Of a stretch of DNA of 64,000 nucleotides, positions 48,974-61,430 are shown one piece after another. The position numbers and the translations under genes were made by a program. The notes under the pieces were generated by a model. That model made no database searches and was not told where the DNA came from. It saw only the letters and a list, made by a program, of their open reading frames with translations. Numbering within the stretch: position 1 is the first letter of the stretch; the number at the start of each line of letters is the position of its first letter. The stretch comes from Saprolegnia diclina VS20 (lineage: Eukaryota): positions 19,781 through 83,780 of the forward strand of contig NW_008246154.1 in assembly GCF_000281045.1 (NCBI RefSeq), read 5' to 3'.

Positions 48974-50788
48974 CTAGTCGCTGTGGCTCGTTGTCAACGC
49001 TTCGGTGGAGTCGACCCAGCCGCAGATCGCAACGCCGTTACGGACAATGGCCTCGCCACTCCCGCCCGCAATGCGATAGCACGCGGTCGATGGGAAGAGC
49101 GCCATGACGCTGCTCACAATGGCAAAGAGCAGCGCAATCGAAAAGCCAATCACAATGCCCCACGCCGCGCCGCGGTTGTAGCCGCCGCGCTTCTTGAGCC
49201 ATTGGAGCGCCGCTTTTTGCGGCGGAAGGAGTCCGAGAAAGGCCAGCGATAAGAGCTTCATACCGAGCGAGATCAAGAGCACGTACGTCACTTGCCAGCG
49301 CACACGCACCGAGTCAGTCGCGAGGTCGGCGACCGAGACGTCAAAGTACGAGTCGACGACCTTGTAGATGACAGTGGCAAACGGCGTTGCGAGGTTGACA
49401 ATGGTCGTAATGAGACTGTTGACGGCGCCTTCGTTGCCAATGTCGGCAATCTCAACCGCGCAAAACGACGAGATCGCAAACCGGATCGCGCTCGGGAGCG
49501 CTTTGGGCAGAAGCCGGCCCATGAAGAAGTATGGGTTCCGCGTCACGTGCCACGTCACACTGAGGAGGACCGTCGAGTCGATGGCAGCAATGGCCATCGT
49601 CGCAATAGCGATCGCGTGACGCCAGTTGAGGTTGAGGCCCCACTGCCCACACGCAAAGATGGCCGCGGCCATGAGCGCCGTGTTGAGCACGCCAAAGATC
49701 GAGTTGGTGAGCGGCTGGACGTTGGCCCACGCGCTCTTCATGCTCGGGATCGCGGTCGCTTCAAACGAAAAGAAAAAGTTGCTGCAAAATCGAAAGAGAC
49801 AGATTTGCCACACGACGCGGAGCTCGAGGAGGCGCCAGAGCCGCCCCATGTACGCACTAAAGACAGGCCGCACATCGCGCTCCTCGACGACGAAAAAGAG
49901 AGCGCAGTAAATGGCGAGGAGACACGGCACAATGAGCATGCCAAACGCGGCGTTCGGCGTGATCGACCAGTCAAAGTTGCCGCCGTATTCGAAACTGTTC
50001 ATGCACACGCCCGCAATGAGCTGCGGCACGACCGACGACGCAAACCGCGTGCCGTAAATGATCGACTGGAGCCGGCCACGAACAAGAATCGGCTCACGCT
50101 GCGCGTACTCGACCACCATGGCGTCGGCCGCGACATCTGCGAGCATGTAGCCAAAGCTGCAGATGGTCGAGAGGATGATCCAGTACCCGGCTTGGCTCGA
50201 GGCTTGCATGTTGACATGCATGCGCGCCGAGGTGTTGAGCACCGAGAGATTACCGCCGCGCAGTGTCGCGATCGTATCGTGCGACAGCGACGAGAGCGGC
50301 CGGCCCACGTACGGCGCCGGAAACGTGGAGAAGGTCATGCAGCAGATACAAATGAGCGCAATGCACCAGCCAAGCACCATGTAGGGCTTGCGCTTGAAGC
50401 CAAAAAGCGGAAAGCAGTCGGTGAGAACCCCCATAAAGATCTTGAACGACCAGCAAATGTTGACAATGGACGTGTACGACGCGGCTTGGTACCCGTTGAA
50501 GTTCATGTACTGAATGTAGACGGGGTAGACAAGCGCGGGCAGGAGGCCGTAGATCATGCCGACGGCCACGTACTGACCGAGGAGCCCAATGGCTTCGCGG
50601 CTAAGGATGTCGAGGACGCCACCAGGGCGAAGCGCACCGTCGAGTGAGTGCTCGCTCACCGTGCTCATCTTGTGCAGCTGCGTCGTCGACTGGAGCACCT
50701 CCCCTGAAAAGTACGTGGGCAGGTCGGCGTCGTCGTAGAGCCATATCTTCTTGGGGGTGGCGGGTTGCGGCGGCTGCTGCTTGTTCAT
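48974..50788 (-). CDS. Folate-biopterin transporter (BT1/FBT), copy 4
   Basis: KIWLYDDA, GALRPGG, WSFKIFMGVLTDCFP, ADVAADAMVVE, TACYRIAGG. Confidence 0.92.
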   Translation of the reverse strand: MNKQQPPQPATPKKIWLYDDADLPTYFSGEVLQSTTQLHKMSTVSEHSLDGALRPGGVLDILSREAIGLLGQYVAVGMIYGLLPALVYPVYIQYMNFNGYQAASYTSIVNICWSFKIFMGVLTDCFPLFGFKRKPYMVLGWCIALICICCMTFSTFPAPYVGRPLSSLSHDTIATLRGGNLSVLNTSARMHVNMQASSQAGYWIILSTICSFGYMLADVAADAMVVEYAQREPILVRGRLQSIIYGTRFASSVVPQLIAGVCMNSFEYGGNFDWSITPNAAFGMLIVPCLLAIYCALFFVVEERDVRPVFSAYMGRLWRLLELRVVWQICLFRFCSNFFFSFEATAIPSMKSAWANVQPLTNSIFGVLNTALMAAAIFACGQWGLNLNWRHAIAIATMAIAAIDSTVLLSVTWHVTRNPYFFMGRLLPKALPSAIRFAISSFCAVEIADIGNEGAVNSLITTIVNLATPFATVIYKVVDSYFDVSVADLATDSVRVRWQVTYVLLISLGMKLLSLAFLGLLPPQKAALQWLKKRGGYNRGAAWGIVIGFSIALLFAIVSSVMALFPSTACYRIAGGSGEAIVRNGVAICGWVDSTEALTTSHSD

Positions 50789-52293
50789 CGCAGCCAAAGG
50801 CAAACTGGCAAAGGCTTCGTGGCACGATCGAAACAGACGACATGGGCTGCATACAGCAGCATTCGTCGATCATCTCAATCTGGATCGAGTGAAATTTGTC
50901 CCAGCCCCGTATGGTCATGTGAATTGCATACATTTACCGAGAGAGAGGAAGTCGACTGCTCCTTTACAAGCCGGATACCTACGTCCACAGAACGCAGCGG
51001 TGCCGATGCGTCGATGGGTTGTACGCTCGAGCGCGCCCTTGCCGCGGACATCTCGCTCGAATGGGAACGTCTAACAAAGCACGAGACGCCAAACGTACAA
51101 CTTGTACACGTGGATGTCAGCCCCGTGCGATCATCAAGCCATGCCGAGTTGAAGGGCGAGGTAACATTCCCTAGTCTTGATGGGAACGATCGCTCTAGGG
51201 TGCAGGAACGGACGGTTCTGAGGCATCTTGCGACGTTGAAGTTGATGGGCGAAGTGTCTCCACGCAGAACAATACCTTATTCGCACTCTCCCCAGTACTA
51301 TAAACAAATGCGTATACGATTGCAATGGTTCTAGAGCGACTACACGCGTACTGTCAACCGCTCGTCGTTAGACTCGTAGCACCGTATACGGTACCACAAG
51401 CTGGTACCACCAAGCTATCACGCAGAGTCATGTGATCGAAACACTGGCTTTTTCGACGTTGCCCGCTGTATCTACAACGTTTCTAGCATGCATGCCAAGG
51501 CCTGCGCGCAATGATTATCGTCGTCGCCGTTGTCCTTAGAGCAGCTCTACAACGTGTGCTCCACCACGCTGGCTTGGTGTGCTCCATCCACCACTTTGCC
51601 GTACGAATGCTATGAATGACGTGGCATCGCGAGAGACATATAGGGCTAGGGTTAAACTGTACTATTGACACCAACGACGGCACACACCGGACATTCCCCA
51701 ACTTGCCGGAGTAAGTGCTCTTGTTGACGTTGCTGTCAGGGTTCACGAGCATCGCTTAGCGAGAAATTTCGATGACGCCCCTTTGCACACATGGGACGGC
51801 GTAGCACAAGGTGCGTATGCCGCTTCTTTGATGCACACGTGCCTGCCGAGCGACATTATTCGCCCGAGGACATAGCAACATCGTTCTCTCTTCCGATCCG
51901 CCGTGATGAAAGACGCAGCGTCGCTGGGTAGGCACAGCGAATACGTACGCTGCAACTGGACCAGGCGCATCGTTGTGAGTGCTGTCTCAGATGACCCTTC
52001 GCACGACCGCGCAATGTTCTGCCAAGCTGTCCAAGCAGTGAAAGAGAGGCTTACCACGAAAAACAAATGCGCTACAAAAAATGGGATCCGAAAATAAGAA
52101 GGTCCAGGCGATGTGCGCGCCAGCTTGAGCCGTCGCTGAAACCCCAGGGTTCGCCTCTGGTAGACGTTTCCATAGTCTTTCTCGAGTCGCTTGAACTCTC
52201 AAAGGAATGACACCTGTCATACTGTCACAAACAAAACGCCTGCGTGCGCGCTCGATATACATAATACTACGCGTCGTAGTCGTTGATAGTGCT

Positions 52294-53067
52294 TTAGAAG
52301 GGAATCGCTTTCCGAAAGGCGGGCCCGAGGCTGTCCTGGTCGATCGGGGGAATCGCGGTGGGCTTTGCAAGGCCGAGTTGGGTCGCATGCGCTGTGGAGA
52401 TACCGCGGGTGGCCATCTCGGACACGGTGTAGATGGTGGCTGCCCACTCGAGGCGGTCGTCGTCGTTCAAGAACGAGAGGATGAGCATGTCGGACGAGCT
52501 CTTGGAGAGGCAGATGCAGAAAGGACGGTCCTTTGTCGATAAATACGAGAGTTTGACGCGGTGCAAGTCCATTTCGCCCTTCTCCTTCATGTCGGACGGG
52601 CTCAGCACCTCGTAGTACTTGAGGACGCCTCGTGCGACCTTGACGACGCGCTCGTCCCACTTGTCGCGACCCGAGCGCGACTTCTTTGTGAGCGTCCCCG
52701 TCTTGGTCGGCGGTAGCACGAGCGTGAGGCGGCGCGGCCACGGCGAGTGCACATCCCATGCAAAAAGATCCGTGTCGTGCTCGCTGCCTTCGGGAATGCG
52801 CTGTCCGTTCACGAGGTACACTTGGCTGCCAACAACGACTTCTGGCTCGTCGCTGCGCGAGACAAGCCAGACCGACTCGCCCTTGCGCTCACGCCGGCGG
52901 GCGACGGTGATCTTGACGTCGACCTCGCACGCATAGACGACGTCGTAGGTCAGCATGGGCATGTGGCTGGCGGCCTCGATGACGGCCTCGGGCGGGCAGT
53001 CGCTGGCGTCGGCGCGGGGCTGGCCGAGCAGCTCCGACTTGGTCTTCTTGAGGAAGTTCTTGAACAT
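52294..53067 (-). CDS. PDZ-like plus PH domain protein
   Basis: PH: KTGTLTKKSRSGRDKWDERVVKV..LKYY..KGEMDL..RPFCI..DRLEWAATI. Preceded by VGSQVYLVNG..PRRLTL. Confidence 0.75.
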   Translation of the reverse strand: MFKNFLKKTKSELLGQPRADASDCPPEAVIEAASHMPMLTYDVVYACEVDVKITVARRRERKGESVWLVSRSDEPEVVVGSQVYLVNGQRIPEGSEHDTDLFAWDVHSPWPRRLTLVLPPTKTGTLTKKSRSGRDKWDERVVKVARGVLKYYEVLSPSDMKEKGEMDLHRVKLSYLSTKDRPFCICLSKSSSDMLILSFLNDDDRLEWAATIYTVSEMATRGISTAHATQLGLAKPTAIPPIDQDSLGPAFRKAIPF

Positions 53068-53499
53068 CCGTGGTCGATGACTGCGGCGGCGGCGACGTGG
53101 CGACAAATGACACGAAACGCAAATCACCAAATCACCAAAAAAACACATTCCCACCCAAGTGCGTGAAAATTCCGCAGCACATTGCGCCGGATACCGCCGG
53201 ATACGTGTTTCACACACCGTGTGAAATGCTCGAAAAAAGATCGCCACAACCAGGCGTCGTGGCCGCTCCGACAGCCATGGCACATTGATCATGATAGCCG
53301 TGCGTGCAAACCAAAGGGCCTTTACCGTGACCTCGCCGCGGCCGGTACATGTAGCAGTGGCGGCGCCATGGGCCAGGGCCGCGGCGATGTGTACGCTCTC
53401 GTCATACCTTCGACGTGTCGCTGCGTCATGGCAAAGGTGATGCTTGGTCATGGTAGCAAACACCGAGCCTGAAGCCATGACAGTACGCAAGATAAATTA

Positions 53500-55203
53500 C
53501 TAATAGAAAGGCCGATCATAGCGCATTTGGTTCATGTTGAGCCCTTGGCTCGCCATGACGATGCTGCAGTGCAGCACGCTCGCCCACTCGACCTGGTCAT
53601 TGAGCGTCGGTGCTTGCAGCACGAGTTTGTCGGTGGGCGATCGGCCAAGCACGATGCAGAACGGGCGATTCGCAAACGCCGCGACTGTGACCCAGCACCC
53701 CGCAAGCGAGAACGCGCCGCGGAGGGCGTTGCCCGCCATGTAGCGGAGCTCGCCGCCGGCAACGACGACATCGCGCTCCTTCCACGTCGCCATCTGATGC
53801 GTCGCGCGCGACTTCTTGACCAACGTACCGCGTTTCGTCGGCGGCAAGAGAAATTCGCATGTCAGTGGATAGACCGCGGTCGCGAGCCGCAGCCGGACAG
53901 CGTCGCACGTCGTGCCGAGCGAGACACCGGCGATCGTCACGAGCTGCGCCCCACGCACAATCTCGGGCGATAGCACGGACGCTTCGGTCACGAGAAGGGC
54001 TTCACCGCGGCGTGCGAGCCCAATCGCTTCAAAGTCGCGCTTGCTCCGAAAGGTAATCGGGATCCGCTCGAGCGTCTTGGCGACGACGCACGCGCGGTCA
54101 ATGGCCTGCGTGAGGACGCTGGGCGGGCGCGGGTGCTTCTTTTGCGCTTGCTGGAGCGCGTGGAGCCAGAGGTACATGTCGTGCTCGGTCATCGCGCTCA
54201 AGTGGAGTTCCAAGTTGTCGGTCGCAATGACAAAGTAGTTGCGCCGCGAGTCGGGGGCAAACGGAATGCCGCCGCTCACGACGCAGCCGAGGAGCGGTAA
54301 ATTGCCTTTGGGCGCGCCCTGGTCTTCGGTGTAGTAGCTCAAGATCGGCAATTTGTTGTGGATCTCGATGCGGAAGAAGCGCTTGGACCAGTTCGTGCGC
54401 ACGTGGCCGCGCTTGTAGAGCACGCCTTCCATGCTCGCGTGGTCGCGCGGGTCTTCGTACGGCGTCCACTTGTGCGCCAGCTCGGCATCGTCGAGCGTCA
54501 AGTGTACCGTGTTGCGCAGCGGGTCCCAGCGACCCGTGCGCGCGTTGGCACCAATGCTTTCGAGCGCGTGGATCCAGCGTGTCATGGCGCGCTGCGTCTT
54601 GGTCGAGAAGAGGTAGGTGCGCATGGGCGTGAGCAAAATGAAAAAGTACAGGCGCTCGCTCACGTGGGTTTGGATGACAATGTCGTTCTTGGTCGTCGCC
54701 TCGACGTGGATCGAGCCCTTGCACGTGGCCTTGTCCTCGGCCGTGTAGTAGCGCAAGTACCCGTCTCTCGTGAGCTCAAAATACCGCCACTTCCATGTCT
54801 TGAACTTGTTGCCGCACTTTTCAATCCAGCCGCGCCGAAGGATCGTGTCGGGTACCGGCGGCGCCTCGAGCGTGAGGCTGCTGCTGCAGCGGACGGCCGG
54901 CGCGTCGTACGTGTCGTCAAAGCTGTCGCTTTGCAGCATCGTAAGTGTCGGATGGATGCGCGATCCACGATCAATCCAGTCGGCGGGCTCCACCTCGGGC
55001 GTCGAGTCGTCGCTGGTTGCGCCTTGGTCGCTGCTGCTGGCGTCGTCGAGCTCGTCCATATTGGCACTGGTCGTCGTGCTGCTGTTGGCGAGGCTGCTCT
55101 TGCGCAGACCCCACGAGAAGCTGCTGCGGAAGCTGCCGAGGAGGCTGCTGCTCTCGCGCGGCGCACCGTTGCTGTTGTCGTCGTCGTCGTTAGTGGGCGC
55201 CAT
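53500..55203 (-). CDS. Triple PH-domain protein with a PDZ-like segment
   Basis: RRGWIEKCGNKFKTWKWRYF..RWIHAL; MEGVLYKRGHVRTNWSKRFF..LWLHAL; KRGTLVKK..WKER..EWASVL. Confidence 0.88.
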   Translation of the reverse strand: MAPTNDDDDNSNGAPRESSSLLGSFRSSFSWGLRKSSLANSSTTTSANMDELDDASSSDQGATSDDSTPEVEPADWIDRGSRIHPTLTMLQSDSFDDTYDAPAVRCSSSLTLEAPPVPDTILRRGWIEKCGNKFKTWKWRYFELTRDGYLRYYTAEDKATCKGSIHVEATTKNDIVIQTHVSERLYFFILLTPMRTYLFSTKTQRAMTRWIHALESIGANARTGRWDPLRNTVHLTLDDAELAHKWTPYEDPRDHASMEGVLYKRGHVRTNWSKRFFRIEIHNKLPILSYYTEDQGAPKGNLPLLGCVVSGGIPFAPDSRRNYFVIATDNLELHLSAMTEHDMYLWLHALQQAQKKHPRPPSVLTQAIDRACVVAKTLERIPITFRSKRDFEAIGLARRGEALLVTEASVLSPEIVRGAQLVTIAGVSLGTTCDAVRLRLATAVYPLTCEFLLPPTKRGTLVKKSRATHQMATWKERDVVVAGGELRYMAGNALRGAFSLAGCWVTVAAFANRPFCIVLGRSPTDKLVLQAPTLNDQVEWASVLHCSIVMASQGLNMNQMRYDRPFY

Positions 55204-55999
55204 GGCGCGTGCCGCGGTATGGCGAGGTGGCGGCTCCTGCCAGCGCATCTTGCGTCTGGGACACAAGGCCGGCTGGTAAGATTTGTATTTCTCAGTTCTT
55301 AGTTTCGTATTGCATTGAATTTGGTTGGCAATCCACCACAATTCTCTTTGTTTTTGTATGCGACAACCGCGACCGCGACCAAAGTGAATTAAAATATAGT
55401 GATGCGTTCCAGAAGTGCAATTTCAAATTTCTGAAATTTCTGGATAATAACCAACAAGCGCAACGCATTGCGCTGAGGCGCCGCAATCAACAAGGAGACC
55501 TCCCAGTGACAAGCCCGGAAGCAGCAGCAGACGACACGCCAACACAGCTTGGGACTAGAATGCAGCAGGATAGAAGTACGAACGCATGGATATACAGTGT
55601 ACAAACACGTCCTGCTCGGCTTCGTTGACGCACCGCTTGAAGCTTCCGCGCATTTGCAGCAGGTGCAAAGGTTAAATTTTGAGCGCAAATGAAGTCGCTT
55701 GACGGCTGTCGATCTGCGGACAGCACTCCGCGGACGGGACGCGGCAGAGACAGAGCCAGCTTGATGCCACACATTACACGTGGGCGTAATGCAAGACGGA
55801 TGTCGACGCGCCTCGAAGCACGCGGCGCAGAACCGGGTGCGAATGCGGCAAGCCACCAGCCGGCAATAGTACCCAGATACATGACCACATCAAACGCTGG
55901 ATCCAAACAGAATATAATGCGATGCTGGATGCACACGAATCGACGGTTACGGATCTCGAACCGGTCGGTTACTTTTGCGATTGCTTCCGTCGAGCAGCG

Positions 56000-58900
56000 A
56001 TGCTAGCACGCCGCAGCATGGTCGAGCCCGCTGCGCCGTCGCCGCCAAAGTCGCCGGTACAGCACGCTCCTTGCATGCATCCACCATACGATGAGCTAGC
56101 ACCGGCGCCGCGGCAACTCGGTGCAGAGCGTGGACTCGCTCGTCGACGCGATGAAGGCCAAGCAGATCGCCAAGCCGCACCTCTCCATCTTGACTGAGTT
56201 CATCACGATAAGCCCGATCTCGCTGCGCTTCAGCCGCGTAGGCCACCATGCCCGTTGGCTCCTTCTTACGATGGCGAATCTAGGCTAGCATCGAAAAGAA
56301 CTTTCTTCTCGAGCACGGCAAAAAGTACGCGACGCGGTACCGCCCGCTCATGGCCACGATCTGTGGCTTTATGAGCCTCGCCGGCGCATTCGAGTGCCAT
56401 CATGGCAAGGCGACGCTTGGCGGCCTCAAGCTCGCCGTCGCGGCCATTGCTGGCGGCCTCGCTCTTTTCGCCACGCATGTACGTGCGCTTGCGATTCTGT
56501 TTACAAACACATTGGACGATGCTAGGTCGTTGCCCGCCGGTCGGTGCTCGTGCCTCTCTCGGGGGGCGTCGTTATCGCCGTCTATGTCTGTCAAATCCTC
56601 GACGAAGGCGCGGACGCGACCCTTTTCTTGACTGCGAAACGAGGCAGCATCGGGCTCGTCTTCCTTCTCTACGTGGCCGTGGGCATTGGCATTGGCATGC
56701 GCTTCCTGGCGTCGGCGCAAATCTCGTTTGTACTGACGCTGCTTGCGCTCATCAACCTGTGGGTCTCGGCCGTTCCGACTCCGCGAACGGACCAAGTTCA
56801 AATTTTTCTTATGGATCGTCGACTCTCACCGATGATGTACTAGGTCGAGTCGACCATCTATGTTGTGCTCGGTTTTGTGTTTTTTCACTTTGCGATGATT
56901 CGCCAAATCGAAATTCATGTATGACCGTCGTGGATTGTCAAAATTTGTGAATTGCGGTAGGAACGCCGCGAGTTTCGCTTGATCAAGCGCCTCACGGCCG
57001 AGAACGTCCAAGTGCAAATGCAAATGGAGAACTTCACCTTGTTTGCGCGCGGCGTCAACGATTCCGTAGACATTACATGAACATTATACGAGAATTTGAA
57101 TTGATTCGATAGCCACGCGCCAAGTCGGCGCTCGTGGCCCCTGGCGGGCTCTTGTCGCCGACCAACAAGATTCATGCCAACGACGTCGAGCTATTTGATA
57201 CGATTGGGTGCGGCGCCCACGGCGAAGTCGTGCGCGGCAAGTTCAAGTCGACCATCGTTGCCGTAAGTTGCATACACTTGTGAAAAAATGGTCTATTTGA
57301 CACTATGGCATCTAGGTCAAGACCATCAAGGGCGAAGTCAAGGACGAGTACATTCGCGACATGGCCGTCGAGTCGACGCTCATGGCCGACTTGCGGCACC
57401 CGAATATTGTCATGTTTATGGGCATGTGTCTCTTCCCGCCCATGATTTTGATGGAATATTGCTCGCGCGGCTCGGTCTTTGACGTCCTCCACGTCAAGTG
57501 CATCTCGTTGGATTGGAGTCTTTTGCTGCGCATTCTCTTGGACGCGAGCCAAGGCATGGCCTTCTTGCACCAGGTAGACACTCAATTCTCAAATTTCTAG
57601 TTTTCAAATGGCGTTATGTAGTACAAGCCTCCGATCATTCACCACGACCTCAAGAGCCTCAACATGCTACTGGACCCGAACTGGCGCTGCAAGGTCTCGG
57701 ACTTTGGCCTTAGCCGCTTCAAGAAGAAGCACATGATGGACTCGCAGCATACCATGGGGAGTATTCCATGGATGGCGCCCGAGGTCTCGACCAACAATCT
57801 CCTCACGGAGAAGGTCGACGTGTACGCCATGGGCATCATCATGTTCGAGTGCTTGACGAGCGAGATGCCGTATCCCGCGATCCCGATTCAGGGCATTCCA
57901 CACCTTATCGCCAAGGTGCCTCGCCATCGGTACTCTCAGCTCAAAACTCAGTTTTGAGTCTAGGGCCGGCGCCCAACCGATTATGCCAAGCTCGAAAACA
58001 TCCCGTCCGAGCTCGACGGTCTCGTGGCCCTCATGAAGGCGTGCTGGGTACTACAGTCTGTCGAAGGCAAGGTAGACTCTGTGCGCTAGGCGCCGAGCCC
58101 GGCCGACCGACCAGACTTTGATCTAATTGTCGACACAATCGAGCTTCAGGTGTGTCCTGCGTTCTTCAAGGGTGCGACCATGGCCGACGCTATTGTCTAC
58201 CCGCGGGACCGCAACCAGTCGCAGAGCCAGAAAGACCAAGACATTCTCATGGCCAACTTATGCTTCAACATCAAGGAGACCGAGCTCGTGCTTGGTACCA
58301 AGATTGGCGGCGGCAGCTACGGCGCCGTGTACGCGGGCAAGTGGCTTGGCACCGACGTGGCCATCAAACAGGTATTTTCTACGTTACGACATGTCGCATA
58401 GCACTCAACTATGACATTCTAGCTCTTCCTCAATGCGCTCGGCGAAAAAGTGCTCAAGGATTTCCACAAGGAGTGCGACCTCATGCGTCAACTCCGCCAC
58501 CCGAACATCGTCCTCTTCCTCGGGAGCAGCGCGCAGCCGCCGAATCTCTTCCTCGTGACGGAGCTCCTCGCCAAAGGCAGTCTCTTTGATATCTACCACG
58601 CTGAGAGCCGCATCGAGAATGTTGGCAAGCACTACAAGCGCGTGTTGCAGGTACTCGTAGTGCACTCAAAAGTAAACCCTAACCCTGCTCGTGGCAGGTG
58701 GCGGCGGACATGGCACGGGGCATGGCCTACCTGCACAGCTTGACGCCGCCACTGATCCACCGCGACATGAAGGTTCGTTTTGCCATCTTGGACGAATGTA
58801 CAACATTGTCATATTTTAGAGCCCCAACATTATGGTCGACTCCCACTGGGTTGCCAAAATTGGCGACTTTGGCCTCTCGCGCATCAAGGTAGTCGCGAGG

Positions 58901-59321
58901 CTACGAGCCGAGCGCTTGATTGAATGTCCTAGGACGAGACCAAGACGATGACCAAGTGCGGGAGCCCGCTTTGGGTCGCCCCCGAGATCCTGCAAGGCCA
59001 TCGCTTTGCCGAGGGCTGCGACATTTACAGCTTTGGCATCATCGTGTGGGAGATCGTCTCGTGGAGCGAGCCGTACCCGGACATGGGCTCCAAGGACGTG
59101 ATGCGCAATGTTGCTATGAACGGCCTCCGCCCAGCGATTCCCGAGAGCTGCCCGACCGACCTCTGCCTCCTCCTCGGCCAGTGCTGGCGCAACGAACCCG
59201 TACGGTCGCCTCCTTTCACACGAGGTCGTTGATAGCGTGTATATAGGACGACCGGCCATCGTTTGCGACGATTCTGGACTGCCTCACAAGCATGCAGCGG
59301 GTGCTGCCTCGCGACATCTAG
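56000..59321 (+). CDS. Multi-pass membrane protein with two tandem tyrosine-kinase-like (TKL) domains, many exons
   Basis: Several hydrophobic helices at 56350-56900. Kinase 1: IGCGAHGEV, VAVK, HPNIV, HHDLKSLN, DFGLSR, WMAPE. Kinase 2: IGGGSYGAV, VAIK, HRDMKSPN, DFGLSR, WVAPE. The 5' exons are uncertain. Confidence 0.8.
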
Positions 59322-59944
59322 TCGTATGAAAGGCCAATGCAATATGCAGTCTGCTTGTTGGATATGGACGTCGTCGTGGCGTCTCGACCGTAGCGAGTGA
59401 CATTCGGTCGCGGTTCCATGGACCATCACAAGACACTACTCGTCGTACTTGCAGCGGCCTTGGCGCAGACGATTGCATGCTTGCAATGGCGGGATTGGCC
59501 AATGTCGACGGACCTTGCAATGAACAACCTCATCAAATGAGCTCCACCATGGGCAAAAATGGCCGTCGTCTCTCGTATGGTAGCCCGAGGGATTGACGGA
59601 CTGAGCATCAGCCTCCCGCACGAGCGACCACGTTGAGCGACTGTTCTACAACTGGTGCCACCAGATACCAAATTCCGAGTCTGGTACCTCGCACTTGGGA
59701 ATGCGGCACGGAGCTCTGTCAAATTGCAGACTCGATACAAGCACCAGTCGCACGTAGGGTACGATCACACAGGCTACGTCAAAGTTGTTGTCGGGTTCGT
59801 CTCCTCGGCGTGTGTTGCCAAGACTCGCCCGACGTCGATGGTGGTGCCACGTCAAGTGCCATATGATTGGTCAAAATATCGACCATTTTGGCACAGACGC
59901 GTCGTTGGATTGGCTGGATGGGCGCATTCCAGCAAGCGTTCAAG

Positions 59945-61430
59945 ATGCTTCGCGTCCTTCCTGCGCTGCGCCGCGCCGTGCCAAGCGGTGCGTCCTCTGC
60001 TGCCTCGCGCCTCTGACGCCAGCGTTGACGTAGGCGCGCGCGGCCTCAGCTCGACCCGCGTGACCCCACGCGTGTACTCGTATGGCGACGGCTACCTCGG
60101 GACGCTCGGCCAAGACAACTTTGACGCGGTGGCCGCGCCGACGCCGATCGCGCCGTTCGACAATGTCGAGATCGCGTCGCTCTCGTGCGGCTGGTAGCAC
60201 CTCTTGTGGCCTCGCACCTTGTATCAACGCGGTCGCGGCGTAGGGCGCACACGGGCCTTCTCGACGTCGACGGCAACGCGTACGTCTTTGGCCGGTCGCA
60301 CCACTTTCGCAACGTCATTCGCTCGATCAACATGCAGCGCATGGTGCCGTACTTTATGAAGTTTGTCAACACGGTCGGCGGCGAGCGCACGGTCGAGGCC
60401 TTTCGCCCGACGCTCATCGACTTGCCTGCCAAGGCGACGGCCATCTCGTGCGGCGCAGCGCTGAGTTTGTACTTGACCGAGACAGGCGACCTCTACAGCA
60501 ACGGCGGCAACTCGTACGGCCAGTGCGGCATTGGCAACGAGAACACGAGCGTGTGGGAGCCCACGAAGATCAAGCTGCCGCCGGTCGCGACGATGGCGGC
60601 CGGCTTCCAGCATGCGCTCGCCGTCACGACGAATGGCCAAGTCTACGGCTGGGGCAAGGGCGAGCGCGGCCAGCTCGGCTTGTACCGACTGCATGGACAA
60701 GATCGTCTTGCCTGATGCTACCTCCATCTGTAGTGGCACGGTCAACGTCAGCGCGCCCCAACATATTGTTGCGCTTCGTGAGAAGAACGTGGTGCAGGTC
60801 GGCGCCGGCTTCAACCACTCGGTGGCGCTCACCGGTACCGTCGACTCTACTTTGTGGGATCGTACAACGAGGAGAGCCATCGATTAGACGCGGGCGAGGT
60901 CTTTGTCTGGGGCAAGCTCCTGGGCGCCGACAAGTACGGCCGCAAGACCGGTGAAGACCAGGTCACGCCCCGCCTCGTGCAAACAGCCGCGCCCGTGACG
61001 CACATCAAGACGAGCTTCTTTCATTCGTTCATGGTGACTGGTACGTCGCTTACTCATATTTGCTGGCGAGGCTCATGAAGTGTAGAGGACGGGCAGCTGT
61101 GGTGCATGGGCCGCAGCCAAGCCAGCCAGCACGCTGAAGTCGCCCAGCGCAAGTACCCCGAGACGCACATTGCACCGCATGCGATCGACAACAGCTTCTT
61201 GCGCGGTCGGCGCATTCAGCACCTCGGCGGCGGTGTGCACTCGACGTCGCTCGTCACAGGTAAACCGCCTCTTGCTTGTACCTGCGGATACGACGCCATG
61301 GGTGCTAGACGATGGCAAGGCGTACGAGTGGGACTGGGAGCAAGGGTTCCGCGCCATCGACGCCACGAAAGATCTGCACGTGCTCGCGTTCGAGCGCGGG
61401 TACGGCACCAACTTTGTCCTGGCCAAGTAG
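59945..61430 (+). CDS. RCC1-repeat protein with a mitochondrial-like presequence (RCC1L-like)
   Basis: MLRVLPALRR start; repeats VYSYGDGYLGTLG, SCGWAHT, GGNSYGQCG, AAGFQHAL..VYGWGKGERGQLG, GAGFNHSVAL..VFVWG. Multiple short introns. Confidence 0.85.

Noticed and set aside
51390..51416. Short direct repeat GGTACCAC(C)AAGCT x2
   Set aside because: Two imperfect copies with no associated element; likely slippage.
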